DNA of 64,000 bases, from positions 960,001-1,024,000 of the forward strand of contig OZ245742.1 of NCBI GenBank assembly GCA_965227295.1. Reading direction: 5' to 3'. Shown piece after piece: positions 1 through 9,414 of this stretch (its first letter is position 1; each line of letters begins with the position of its first letter). The DNA is from Leptonemataceae bacterium (lineage in GTDB: Bacteria > Spirochaetota > Leptospiria > Leptospirales > Leptonemataceae). A program made the position numbers and the translations under genes. Below the pieces are notes generated by a model. That model saw nothing but the letters and a program-made list of their open reading frames with translations, was not told the origin of the DNA and searched no databases.

Positions 1-449
1 CAAACCGACGTCATGTGCGCGAGCAGCGGAGTCAGAAACGCACTGAGGGCCGTTAAGAGGATCGCAAAAACAATCGTAACGTAAATGATGTTGGCCGGAC
101 CGGGATTCGCATTCGGTGGAAAAAACAACAGCGCTCCCGCTGCGGCAGCAGGCAACGCGGCTTTTTCCAGGAACGGCAGACGCCGGCCGCGCCGATGCCG
201 GGACCGGTCCGATCGATGCGCGATCCAGGGATCTACAATAATATCCCACAACCGTACGCCTATGAGAATCAACGCAAGAACACCGACGCCCCCGAAGACC
301 GGTTCCGTGGGCAACAGCGGCTTCAGGTTTTCATGCGCCGGCGGCAGGTAAAAATGAATGAGATACAACGCCGAAAGATAAAACGGAATCGTGTATCCGG
401 CGGAACCGAGTAAATAAACGATCGGTGAAATGCGCTTCGTGTCGGCCAT
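1..449 (-). CDS. MFS transporter, GPH/MelB-like family (runs off window edge)
   Basis: Translated by hand from ATG at 449: MADTKRISPIVYLLGSAGY...VRLWDIIVDPWIAHRSDRSRHRRGRRLPF. This matches the GPH motif R-x-WD-x2-DP-x5-SD-x6-GRR-x-P. It is co-oriented with the upstream gene, 6 bp away. Confidence 0.75.
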   Translation of the reverse strand, partial: MADTKRISPIVYLLGSAGYTIPFYLSALYLIHFYLPPAHENLKPLLPTEPVFGGVGVLALILIGVRLWDIIVDPWIAHRSDRSRHRRGRRLPFLEKAALPAAAAGALLFFPPNANPGPANIIYVTIVFAILLTALSAFLTPLLAHMTSV

Positions 450-455
450 GTTCCT

Positions 456-2021
456 TCAACGCGCCCGCAGCAATCGCTCGAGCGCGGCCTTCTTCTTTCG
501 CGACAACCGCAGGTACTCCCGCGCCCGGCCATGGGTCGGCTGCAATAACAGGGCGCGTTCGAATTTCAAGATCGCAGCGTCGTAGCTCCGTTCCTCGTAA
601 TCATCGATGCCCGCACGGACCAGGGGCTCCACGCGGCCGGCATGGCTGCGCCGCAGGTCCGCCAGGGCCGCGTGCGCGCTGCGGTTTTCCGGCAGAACGC
701 GCACGGCTCGCTGATATTTCTCAACGGCCTCAAAGATGCGGCCGTTCTTTGCCAGTCTGCCGGCGGCCGCACTCTCGCTTTCCGACAGGGCGCGGCGGGC
801 ATCCACGGAACCGCGCCGGGCCTCGACCAGGCCGGGGCTGATCCTCAAGGCGTGCTCGTAGTCGTTCAGGGCGGCCGCGTAACTTTTATTGATCATATGT
901 TTACGCGCGGACTTCAGCAACGCCCTCGTGCGCGGCCCGGAGATACGCTCCACCGCCAGGCTGCGATACGTGGATGCGTGACGATTTCCGGGATCCTGCT
1001 CAAGGATTGCGTCGAAGATGCGCCGGGCAGATTCAAACTCCCCCCGATCATACAAACGAACCCCGGCGGCAATCAAACGCGTGGTGCGCGCCCGACGGCG
1101 AATGTAGTCCGGAAACTCGATGCCCTGAGCGCCGGCGTAATCTTCATTCAAATGAATCGCAGTATACTCCGGAAAGGCGAATCCTTCCGCCGCGCACGTG
1201 GACTCCCCACGCAGCAAACGTTCCGCCATGCGACCGGTCACGACGCCCACGTTCCCGTAGTCCGGCGTCACCGCAAACGTCGCCCCCGAACGTACGAGCG
1301 AAGCAAAGTTCGCCATCAACACAATGCCGTTCTTTCGGCTGAACGCTGAAACGGCGGCAAAACTTCGGCGATTGTAGAGCGGATCATTGACGACCATAAT
1401 TGCGTCGGCCTGGTCGCGAATTTCCTCCAGCGCCCGGGCCAGCTCATCGGCGTCACGAACCCGGAGCGATTCGTAGTAAAGGCCATGTTCCAGGTCGGTG
1501 TAGCGACCTTCGTCCGCGCGAAAACGTCCCTCCGGCGTACTGTAAAAGGCGAAGACGCGCTGAGCATCCGGTCGGCTGGCCTTGAGAACGCGAAAGAACT
1601 CGCTCATGCGAATATCGAGGCCCACGCCGCAGGATCCGGCAACGTCCTCCCCGAGGCTGCGCGGCGCATCCACCATCGAGAGCAACACCGGCGTTCGTCG
1701 TAAAGCCTGTAGCGCCGCCCGGCTCGCGGCCGGGCCGAAAGAAATCAGCAGCGGATAACCCTCGGATTCGATCGCCTGGAAGTACGCGGCCGCGCCGCCG
1801 TCCTGTTCCCGCAAGCGATCCAGGTACTCCACCCGCAGTTGCGCGTTCACCGACGAACGCAAACCACTGAGCCCGGCAGCATAGATCGACGTATCGGAGG
1901 ATAACAAGACCGCCACCGGGTTTATGACGGGAACGCGGTCCTGCGCGGGCGATGGTTGGGCCCACAACAGAAACCAAAAGGCGCCGAGGAGACGCCGGGG
2001 AACGAATGCGCGAAATTTCAT
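456..2021 (-). CDS. ABC-type substrate-binding-like protein with C-terminal TPR repeats
   Basis: Signal peptide; periplasmic-binding-protein-like segments (LISFGPAAS, TPVLLSMV, GVGLDI, ADAIMVVNDP, PDYGNVG, IHLN); C-terminal helical repeats (YAAALNDYEHALRISP, YDAAILKFERALLLQP). Confidence 0.75.
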   Translation of the reverse strand: MKFRAFVPRRLLGAFWFLLWAQPSPAQDRVPVINPVAVLLSSDTSIYAAGLSGLRSSVNAQLRVEYLDRLREQDGGAAAYFQAIESEGYPLLISFGPAASRAALQALRRTPVLLSMVDAPRSLGEDVAGSCGVGLDIRMSEFFRVLKASRPDAQRVFAFYSTPEGRFRADEGRYTDLEHGLYYESLRVRDADELARALEEIRDQADAIMVVNDPLYNRRSFAAVSAFSRKNGIVLMANFASLVRSGATFAVTPDYGNVGVVTGRMAERLLRGESTCAAEGFAFPEYTAIHLNEDYAGAQGIEFPDYIRRRARTTRLIAAGVRLYDRGEFESARRIFDAILEQDPGNRHASTYRSLAVERISGPRTRALLKSARKHMINKSYAAALNDYEHALRISPGLVEARRGSVDARRALSESESAAAGRLAKNGRIFEAVEKYQRAVRVLPENRSAHAALADLRRSHAGRVEPLVRAGIDDYEERSYDAAILKFERALLLQPTHGRAREYLRLSRKKKAALERLLRAR

Positions 2022-2030
2022 AACATCATT

Positions 2031-2993
2031 TCACTGGATATTAATGCGCCCCTCGATCAACGGGCGGGCCGGCGTTCCCTGCATCGTAAGATTCATAAGG
2101 TACTCCAGAACAATGTCCTGATCCACGCCGCGGTCCTCGGAGAGTACTATTACGGTCCCGTCGTTGGAAACCTCCGCCTGGTTCGGGTCGAACGTCGGGT
2201 GGCCGTCATTGCCGCGGGCAATGAAATCGCCCAGGGCGAGGACGTAAGAATTGCAGGCCGCGCTGAGAGTGAATGTCGAACACGAGGCCGCGCCGCCGGA
2301 CCAACCGACGGACGGATCGCCGTCGGCGTTGTCGTAGATGATGGAACCGTTCACAGTCAACCGCACCACCCGTCGACCCGGCGTGGTGATCTGCAAACTA
2401 TCCGACGCAGCCGAACCCGAAGTAATCTGGGCCTGGTTCGCCACACGAACGTCCATCTGCAAGTTCGAAGACAAATGCAAGAAGCGTCCGTTCCCCGCCG
2501 ACTGAGTGAAGAAGCAGTTTCCGTGCTGCGCGCCGTCGGCATCGGCGTCGGCGCCCTCCAAAGCGGTGGCCGTGGTACCGAGGCGCGAGACGCCTTCTTC
2601 CAGTGACTGCTTCAACCGAAATGCCGCAATGCGAATCTGAAACACACGATCCCGAAAGAAAATCGTCTGCGCGATTTGCTCACCGGTAACGGTGCCGGCC
2701 GGAATGAAATCCAGCCCCTGGTCGTCGCGAATGGCTCCGCCGTTAAACACGGCAATGCTTGAGCCGGTCTGCGCGGCGAAGGCATCGGTGACCAGGTTGC
2801 CCATGCGCGTTTCGCAGCCCAGCATCCAATCGCTGCGCAGGTTGAGGTTCGAGTCCACCTGCGCCGAACCGATGATGCGCGGAATGCCCGCCGCGGCCAG
2901 CAGTGCGTCCAGAGGATCCTCCGGCTCGCGTTCGATGCAAGCGCTCGTCGCGGCGAGGATCAGAAGCAATATGAAACGTTCGGCGATGCGCAT
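2031..2993 (-). CDS. Lipoprotein with only a 5'-nucleotidase C-terminal domain
   Basis: Lipobox-like ATSAC; motifs ETRMGNLVTDA, IAVFNGGAIR, GRFLHLS, DFIARGNDG, EGRI; no N-terminal metallophosphoesterase domain. Confidence 0.8.
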   Translation of the reverse strand: MRIAERFILLLILAATSACIEREPEDPLDALLAAAGIPRIIGSAQVDSNLNLRSDWMLGCETRMGNLVTDAFAAQTGSSIAVFNGGAIRDDQGLDFIPAGTVTGEQIAQTIFFRDRVFQIRIAAFRLKQSLEEGVSRLGTTATALEGADADADGAQHGNCFFTQSAGNGRFLHLSSNLQMDVRVANQAQITSGSAASDSLQITTPGRRVVRLTVNGSIIYDNADGDPSVGWSGGAASCSTFTLSAACNSYVLALGDFIARGNDGHPTFDPNQAEVSNDGTVIVLSEDRGVDQDIVLEYLMNLTMQGTPARPLIEGRINIQ

Positions 2994-2999
2994 GGGACC

Positions 3000-5789
3000 T
3001 CAGAAAAAGTAACTTCCCTTAAGTTCAATATAGCGACCCTCCATGGGGATCGATCGATTCTTGAATGCGTTGGCCGCCGTATTAGCGTCGTCGTAGACCC
3101 TGAAATCCATGACGTTGAATACACTCAACTGCAAGCGAAAATTCTCGAAAACACGATCGCTCGTTGCGATACTCGTATTCCACAACGCATACACCGGAAA
3201 ATAAAAGCGCCGTTCCTCCTGGGTCTCGAACGGAAAACGATAGTTCGACCAACGCTCGGAAGAAACGTGCACGGCGTTATGCCAGTCCACGTACGGTCCG
3301 AGCCCCAACTGCACGCCGACATTGGCCCGCCACTGCGGGACAATCAAACGAAACGTGCGCACTTCGCGGGGAATCTCCTCGTTTTCCGGAAAGACGCCGC
3401 CCAGGTCCTGCACCCGAAACCAGGAATAGTTCACGTAGGCATAGTAACGCGGGCTGAGGCTCAGACGCACCTCCGCTTCCAGACCGCGAACATTAATGCC
3501 GTTTAAGTTTTTGTACAGATCCTCGGTTCCGGGAAAGGTATCGGAAGTATTCGTGCCTTCGATGTTATCTCGAATCCGGGTATCGAAGAAACTGCTGCTA
3601 ATCGAAAGCGGCTTCCAGGGCGTGCGATATTCAATGCCGGCCTCGTAGGTACGCACGGTTTCCGGGCGCAGGTCCGGATTTCCGAAGACGCCGCCCTCCT
3701 GGAAGCGTTGGGTTTGATCGAACAACTCCTGAAACGTTGGCGCGCGGAACGCTTCGCCGTAGAGCAAACGAAACGCAAGGCGACCGTACTCGGAATCGTC
3801 GACCGGGGTCAGGACCGCCCCGCTCTTCGGACTCAGCTCTTCGCCGAAGTCGCTGTAATTGTCGTAGCGAACGCCGAGCGTTAAAGAGAGCCACTCAAAG
3901 GGATCCCAGTTATCTTCGAGGAAAGCCCCGGTAACGAGGCGCTCGCCGTTCTGGTTCTTCGGTAAATTGTCGTAGTCGGCCGAAATCAGAAAGATGCGAT
4001 TAGTGTCAGTACCGGCAAAGTTCTTCTCGATGGTAAAGTTCGAAACTCGCAGGCGTTCGATTTGCAGGCCGATCAACAACGCGTTAGTGCGGGCAATGTC
4101 GATCTGCGAGACAAACTCGGTACCGAACGTCGAGGAATCGTAGGCTACATTCTGCCGCGGGCTTGCGCCCACATGATCGAGATCATCGGCGCGCTCCACC
4201 TGTGTATCGTCCTCGCGGTAGAGTGTATCGAAGTAAAGTTTGCCGCGCGCCGATACTCGCGAGGCGAATCGCAACTCATCGAAACCGACATCCACCAGGC
4301 TCAAGCGCTGCGTGGACTCCGACTCCGGACTGAGTTCCTGCAACTCGCCGACGTGCGGCCCGCGCTTCTCGGCGATGGTCTTCAACGAAACGTAGAAGCG
4401 ATCGTCCGTGCGCGCGTCGAAAAAGAAATTGCGCTGCTGTTTGCGGTCATTGGTACGAATCGTCGTCGCGAGCGGCAACGGCAGAACCGTGGCGCAGTTC
4501 ACCCGACGCGCCACATCCTCGGTGTCGTTCCAATCGTCGGGATTGCAGGTATCGTCGTGTTCGATGTGAAAAGTCTGGCGCTTCGCCTCGTACGCCGCCG
4601 CGTAGGCGCTGAGCGTCCAGTCGCCGCTGCGGTTACCGAAGAACACCGACGGTTCATACGCGGAGATGCGGCGGTCCGTCGTGCTGCGATCGGGAAAGGT
4701 CTGCGATTCGAACGTGGAATAGATGCCGCCTGTCCGTAGCGACACATCTCCCGAAAGGCCCTCGTCCCGAACGAGACGCCGCGTGATGACGTTGATGACA
4801 CCGACGAAAGCGTTCGTCCCGTGAATGGAGGAGCCTGGACCGCGCAGAATTTCCACGCGTTCCACGGCGTCCGCGCGAATATCGAGAAAGGTCGAGCCGT
4901 CGTAGAAGTTATTGATGCGATGGCCGTCCAGAAGCAACAACACGCCCGATCGCGAACGAATCCCGCGCAGCGAAATCTTAAAGAAACCAAACTGATCGTA
5001 AAACGTTTCAATGCCGGGCACGGCCTTGAGGATGTCCGTCAGGTTTCGTGCGCCGGATTGCACAATCTCTCGACGGCTGACCACGGTAGCCGTAGCGGTG
5101 ACGCGGTCCGCACCCCGCTCGGAAGGGGAACGCACGCGCTTCGAAACGATGGAAACCTCTCGCGATCGTTCTCCGATCATGCGAAAGATCTCTTCTTCTT
5201 CCGAAGCCGAACCGCCCCCCGGCTCCCGCCGATCGCGCAAAGGAAAATCAAAGCGTTTCGAGATGGGATCAAAGGCCACGTGTTCGTTCACGTTCGCAAA
5301 ACGTTGGCGGCGTTGCGGATTCGAGTCCAGGCGCAGGATGATCTGCCGGCTGAAATCGTCGATGCTCTCACCGTCCGCGCGTTGCAGCGCCGCGCGATCG
5401 ATCTCGATCCCTTCCAGATCGGCGAGCGGATCTCGCACCGCCACCGCGTCGATGACGATGCCCTCTCCGGGATGATAGATCTGTCCGTAGATTTCCAGGT
5501 TGCCCGAAGGCATGCGCCGGGCATAGCCGCTGACGAAAACAAAGGCCTCTTCGGGAAGATCGTCGCCGGGCCGCAAACGTTCAACTTCCCGCGTGCGATA
5601 TCCGGCTTCCTGAAGGGCGAGCGCCAGGTTGGAGCGAATCTCCTGCAACGGCAGGGCGTCGGAGTCGGCCGGCTCTTTGCCGTCGTACACGGCAATCTCG
5701 CCGATGAGGATCAGGCCGTCCGGCCGGGCAACCAGGTCGGTCGCCGGCAGGATCAAAAACAAAAACAGGGCCGCGGCGGATCGAAGCAT
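3000..5789 (-). CDS. TonB-dependent outer-membrane receptor with an N-terminal extension of about 200 aa
   Basis: Plug motifs LTDILKAVPG, LRGI, LLLLDG, VERVEILRGPGSSIHG...GVINVIT; barrel motifs LGVRYD, FRAPTFQEL, GNPDLRPE; ends in aromatic YFF. Confidence 0.92.
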   Translation of the reverse strand: MLRSAAALFLFLILPATDLVARPDGLILIGEIAVYDGKEPADSDALPLQEIRSNLALALQEAGYRTREVERLRPGDDLPEEAFVFVSGYARRMPSGNLEIYGQIYHPGEGIVIDAVAVRDPLADLEGIEIDRAALQRADGESIDDFSRQIILRLDSNPQRRQRFANVNEHVAFDPISKRFDFPLRDRREPGGGSASEEEEIFRMIGERSREVSIVSKRVRSPSERGADRVTATATVVSRREIVQSGARNLTDILKAVPGIETFYDQFGFFKISLRGIRSRSGVLLLLDGHRINNFYDGSTFLDIRADAVERVEILRGPGSSIHGTNAFVGVINVITRRLVRDEGLSGDVSLRTGGIYSTFESQTFPDRSTTDRRISAYEPSVFFGNRSGDWTLSAYAAAYEAKRQTFHIEHDDTCNPDDWNDTEDVARRVNCATVLPLPLATTIRTNDRKQQRNFFFDARTDDRFYVSLKTIAEKRGPHVGELQELSPESESTQRLSLVDVGFDELRFASRVSARGKLYFDTLYREDDTQVERADDLDHVGASPRQNVAYDSSTFGTEFVSQIDIARTNALLIGLQIERLRVSNFTIEKNFAGTDTNRIFLISADYDNLPKNQNGERLVTGAFLEDNWDPFEWLSLTLGVRYDNYSDFGEELSPKSGAVLTPVDDSEYGRLAFRLLYGEAFRAPTFQELFDQTQRFQEGGVFGNPDLRPETVRTYEAGIEYRTPWKPLSISSSFFDTRIRDNIEGTNTSDTFPGTEDLYKNLNGINVRGLEAEVRLSLSPRYYAYVNYSWFRVQDLGGVFPENEEIPREVRTFRLIVPQWRANVGVQLGLGPYVDWHNAVHVSSERWSNYRFPFETQEERRFYFPVYALWNTSIATSDRVFENFRLQLSVFNVMDFRVYDDANTAANAFKNRSIPMEGRYIELKGSYFF

Positions 5790-5840
5790 TCACCACTCTC
5801 CGCTCGCCGACGAGCCGGAGGATTGCTGAACATCATAGAC

Positions 5841-6266
5841 TCAGCGACGCTTTTTGGGAAAGCATTCTTCGATCATGTAGTTCCATTCTTTGACGAAATT
5901 CTTGAGCATGCGCGTCGCCCACTCGGGTCCGAGGTGCGAACGCAACCGTTGCAACTCGTCTACGAGATCCGAATCCCGGTGAATGAATTCCAGACCGGCA
6001 CGATTTTCGCCGGCACTCTCAAACAGTACAAGGTTGTTTAGATCCAGGTCGTAGAACTCGGCGAGGGCATAGAGTGCATCGAGGGTCGGCCGGGTTCGAC
6101 CGAGTTCCATTTTCTCGTAGAGATTGCCGGAGCGCTCGTAGCCGGTCGCGTCGAATATAGCCTTCGCCAGTTCATCGGTGCTCAGACCTTTCTCTTTGCG
6201 CAAAGACCGAAGTCTGCGCCCGACTCGTTGCAGGTCCAACCCGGACACAGAGACATAAGCAGGCAC
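5841..6266 (-). CDS. XRE-family HTH transcriptional regulator
   Basis: GRRLRSLRKEKGLSTDELA...YEKMELGRTRPTLDALYALAEFY; start codon uncertain. Confidence 0.8.
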   Translation of the reverse strand: MPAYVSVSGLDLQRVGRRLRSLRKEKGLSTDELAKAIFDATGYERSGNLYEKMELGRTRPTLDALYALAEFYDLDLNNLVLFESAGENRAGLEFIHRDSDLVDELQRLRSHLGPEWATRMLKNFVKEWNYMIEECFPKKRR

Positions 6267-6331
6267 CCGGACTTCTACGACAAGGTACCGCGCACGAAGC
6301 CTCAGAGAATTTTTAATAATTTATATAATTT

Positions 6332-6348
6332 TCTGAAGAATCTTCAGA
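6332..6348. promoter_or_regulatory. Palindrome TCTGAAGA-A-TCTTCAGA in an AT-rich tract upstream of the XRE gene (candidate operator)
   Basis: Perfect 8-bp arms with a 1-nt spacer, next to a very AT-rich run (6308-6332). Confidence 0.35.
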
Positions 6349-6442
6349 GTTCCGGAGGGGGTGCTTAATGATATTACCGGACCGCGCAAAGAACGAGAGT
6401 GAGGCTCACATGTGCCGGCTCGCGCCCTCTGCGCGGCGTACA

Positions 6443-6649
6443 TCAACCCGACTTTCCGCGCGTGGAAAGGCGAAACGGAAAGTAGAGCGGACAGAATGAA
6501 ATCAAACTCGTCAGAAGAAAGATCACCGCAATGGCGCCCAGAATGACGGCGACGGTTCCGGAAATGACCCCGGTAAAGTACAAAACGCCGACAGCTACGG
6601 CCAGCAGCGCCCGCACCACGCGATCTACAGTACCCATATTCTTGTTCAT
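6443..6649 (-). CDS. YgaP/DUF2892 family small membrane protein
   Basis: MNKNMGTVDRVVR...LISFCPLYFPFRLST; SD GGAG upstream of ATG 6649. Confidence 0.88.
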   Translation of the reverse strand: MNKNMGTVDRVVRALLAVAVGVLYFTGVISGTVAVILGAIAVIFLLTSLISFCPLYFPFRLSTRGKSG

Positions 6650-6691
6650 GGTAAAACTCCTGCGTGTTCGTAATATCGAAACACGGCCTTG

Positions 6692-6734
6692 AGGATAACA
6701 CACCGGGTCGAAGGCTTCTGTGATGTCGGTCACA
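6692..6734 (-). promoter_or_regulatory. CRP/FNR-family box TGTGA-N6-TCACA with extended -10 (class II promoter) for the DUF2892 gene
   Basis: TGTGAtgtcggTCACA at 6719-6734; minus-strand TGtTATCCT with hexamer at 6697-6692; box centre at -41.5 relative to the implied +1 (6685). Confidence 0.75.
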
Positions 6735-6753
6735 GAGCCGAAAAAAAGTTCGA

Positions 6754-7440
6754 CTAACCGGCGTCCCCGCCGACCCGACGGAGAGCCTCCGCATCGACGA
6801 TGCGCACGGCATGCCGCGACAGCTCGACCAGGCCGCGATGCTCAAAGTCTTTGAGGATACGACTTACGACTTCCCGGGAGGCGCCGACGTCGGCCGCCAA
6901 CTGCTGATGTGTAAGATCCAGTACGTCACCCGTCGAAGATGCGCGGAGGTTTACCAGGCGAGCCGCCGTCCGCGCGTCCACCCGCGCAAAGGCCACACCG
7001 CTCACCGTTTCAATGACCGCCGCCAGACGTTGCGCAAAGATCGAAAAGACGTAATCGCGAAAGAAGTCGTGGGCGTGCATCCAGCGACGAAAGGCCGCGG
7101 CCGGCACCAGAATCAAATCCGCCCCGGCGCCTTCCACAACAGCAAAAGCCGGGAAGGCCCGCTCCGAGAGCAGACACGACGCGGTGAGCACGCAGCCCTC
7201 GCGTTCTTCAATGCGATACAACGTAATCTCACGGCCGGACTGTCCGCTCTTGTAGACTCGAACGCTGCCGCGTGCGACCAGGGGCATGAATTCGCAGGCG
7301 TCTTCTTCGAAGGCTAAAAACTCGCCGCCCGAAAACGACTTCACCAAAACGGCGCGCTCGAATTCCTTCCGAAACCCAGCCGGCAGGTCGCGACCGGGAA
7401 AGGCCGCACTCAGAAAAATGCGCACGGACTGCTGCACCAC
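6754..7440 (-). CDS. Crp/Fnr family transcriptional regulator
   Basis: GSVRVYKSGQSGREITLYRI...CVLT; HTH LTHQQLAADVGASREVVSRILKDF. Confidence 0.92.
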   Translation of the reverse strand: MVQQSVRIFLSAAFPGRDLPAGFRKEFERAVLVKSFSGGEFLAFEEDACEFMPLVARGSVRVYKSGQSGREITLYRIEEREGCVLTASCLLSERAFPAFAVVEGAGADLILVPAAAFRRWMHAHDFFRDYVFSIFAQRLAAVIETVSGVAFARVDARTAARLVNLRASSTGDVLDLTHQQLAADVGASREVVSRILKDFEHRGLVELSRHAVRIVDAEALRRVGGDAG

Positions 7441-8106
7441 TCAGAGTTCCGGAAGTTTGTCAAACCAGCTCTCGATGACCTCATCGACGTCTTCCGCCTT
7501 CACATCCCGCACGTTCTTCGAGGCGCTACCAGACGCCAGCACGGCCCCGCTTTCTACGTCCGTAAGTTCGCCGGAGAACGTGATGTTCGCCTCCGGTCGG
7601 GGCACAATCAGAATCACCGGCATAACACAGGCCAGAATCAATGGATAGTCAAAGCCGTCCTTCTTGCGAATGGTCAGCTTGCCGGTGTAGACAGCCCGGG
7701 CATCCAGCAGGCGGCCGATCCTGGTCGGATCTTCGGTGAGACCGCTTTGCTGAAAGGCCTGTTCTTTGAGGACGGACTGAATCCGGCGACGCTGGATCGG
7801 CGCGAAACCTTTCTCAAGTAAGTTGCGATTGATCGAATTTACGAGGAACTCCTGAAAACGACCGCGCACATCTTCGCGCAGAACTTCGTTACCGGTAACC
7901 TGGTTCAGGGTGTCACTCATGTTCAACATGAGCGCATTCATAAACGAGTCCGACTCGGTCTGTGCGACGGCAACGTCCACCACGGCCACGACCCGGCGTT
8001 CCTTCAACAACGACGCCGAGCCGTACTTAACATTGGCCGTCGCCGCGGCGCATGCGAACGTAAACGCCAACAGCACGGCGCCGGTGATTCCTCGAAGTAT
8101 ATTCAC
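7441..8106 (-). CDS. CsgG/HfaB-like lipoprotein
   Basis: Lipobox-like FTFAC; IQRRRIQSVLKEQAFQQSGL, IGRLLDARAVYTG, LTDVESGAVL. Confidence 0.65.
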   Translation of the reverse strand: MNILRGITGAVLLAFTFACAAATANVKYGSASLLKERRVVAVVDVAVAQTESDSFMNALMLNMSDTLNQVTGNEVLREDVRGRFQEFLVNSINRNLLEKGFAPIQRRRIQSVLKEQAFQQSGLTEDPTRIGRLLDARAVYTGKLTIRKKDGFDYPLILACVMPVILIVPRPEANITFSGELTDVESGAVLASGSASKNVRDVKAEDVDEVIESWFDKLPEL

Positions 8107-9413
8107 AGTTTGTCCTCGCTCTGAAAGCGCACCGCCACCGAATGGCCGTGCTCCTGATCGAAACCTTCGTGCGCGCTCATCAGTAAGATCGGATTAAGGG
8201 AAGTTTGCAGACTTTCTTTTGTGGGATACTGATACGTGATACGTTTCATGTAGGTTTCCACGCCCAGGCCGGAGTAAGCGCGCGCCGCGCCGCCGGTGGG
8301 CAGGACGTGATTCGTGCCGCTGTAGTAGTCGCCCAAAGCCACCGGGGCGTAGTGACCGAGAAAGACGCTGCCGGCGCTCGTGATCTTCTTCAGATCCTTT
8401 TCCGGGTCTTTCGTGCAGATCTCCAAATGCTCCGGCCCCCATTCATTCGAAAAACCGAAGGCATCTTCCAGGTCCTCGAAGACCACGGCGAAAGAATGAT
8501 CGCGGATGCTTTCTTCTTTCATGGCGCGGCGCTTCGGTCGCTCGTCCATGCCGCGTTCAATGGCCCGGCCCACTTCTTCCGCGAAGGCAAAGCTGTTCGT
8601 GAGCAGCACCGCCGGCGAGTCTTCGCCGTGCTCGGCCTGGCTCAAAAGATCCGCCGCGGCGAACTCGGCGTTCGCCGTTTCGTCGGCAATGACGATGACC
8701 TCCGACGGGCCGGCCGGCATGTCCATGCGAATCAAACCGCGCATGGTTAAGAGTGATTTGGCCGCCATGACGTAGCGATTGCCCGGGCCGGCAATGACCT
8801 GCACGCGTTCGCCCCCGAGACCGAAGGCGGCTGCCGCCACGCCCTGGGCCCCGCCGGACTTGAGCACACGTTCGCAACCGACCAATCTTGCGCAGAAAAG
8901 TACGGCCGGATCCACCGAGCCCTCCTCGTCAGGCGGCGTAATGACCAGTACATGTTGTACACCCGCCGCGAAAGCCGGGATCAAGCCCATGAGTACCGAG
9001 GACGGATACGAGGCCTTGCCGCCGGGAACATAAATGGCCGCGCCGTCCACCGGAACGTAGCGAAACCCCAGGCGCGCGCCGGCGACCGTCGTCTCGTGAT
9101 CGGCCAGGGCCCGGCGCTGGGCATCGTGAAAGGCCTGGATGTTCTTCGCCGCGGCGCGAAAGGCGTCTTTGAGTTCGGGAGAGAGTTTCGCTTCCGCGGC
9201 GGCGAATTCCCGCGGCTGCGCGAACAGATTGTCTAACTTTACCCCATCGAACTTTAGCGTGTATTCCCGGACCGCCGCCTCGCCTTCCTGTTCCACGCGC
9301 CGCACGATCTCCTCGACGACCTGCGGGGCCTGCTGGTCCTCGGAGGCCGCGCGCAGCATGAGCTTCGCCCGGTCCTCCGTGCTCAACTCGTTGGCTCGAT
9401 AAATCCGCAGCAT
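8103..9413 (-). CDS. hisD: Histidinol dehydrogenase
   Basis: YVPGGKASYPSSVLM, GGAQ, GPGNRYV, DMPAGPSE, DLLSQAEH, PEHLE, GDYYSGTNHVLPTGG. Confidence 0.97.
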   Translation of the reverse strand: MLRIYRANELSTEDRAKLMLRAASEDQQAPQVVEEIVRRVEQEGEAAVREYTLKFDGVKLDNLFAQPREFAAAEAKLSPELKDAFRAAAKNIQAFHDAQRRALADHETTVAGARLGFRYVPVDGAAIYVPGGKASYPSSVLMGLIPAFAAGVQHVLVITPPDEEGSVDPAVLFCARLVGCERVLKSGGAQGVAAAAFGLGGERVQVIAGPGNRYVMAAKSLLTMRGLIRMDMPAGPSEVIVIADETANAEFAAADLLSQAEHGEDSPAVLLTNSFAFAEEVGRAIERGMDERPKRRAMKEESIRDHSFAVVFEDLEDAFGFSNEWGPEHLEICTKDPEKDLKKITSAGSVFLGHYAPVALGDYYSGTNHVLPTGGAARAYSGLGVETYMKRITYQYPTKESLQTSLNPILLMSAHEGFDQEHGHSVAVRFQSEDKL

Positions 9414-9414
9414 G

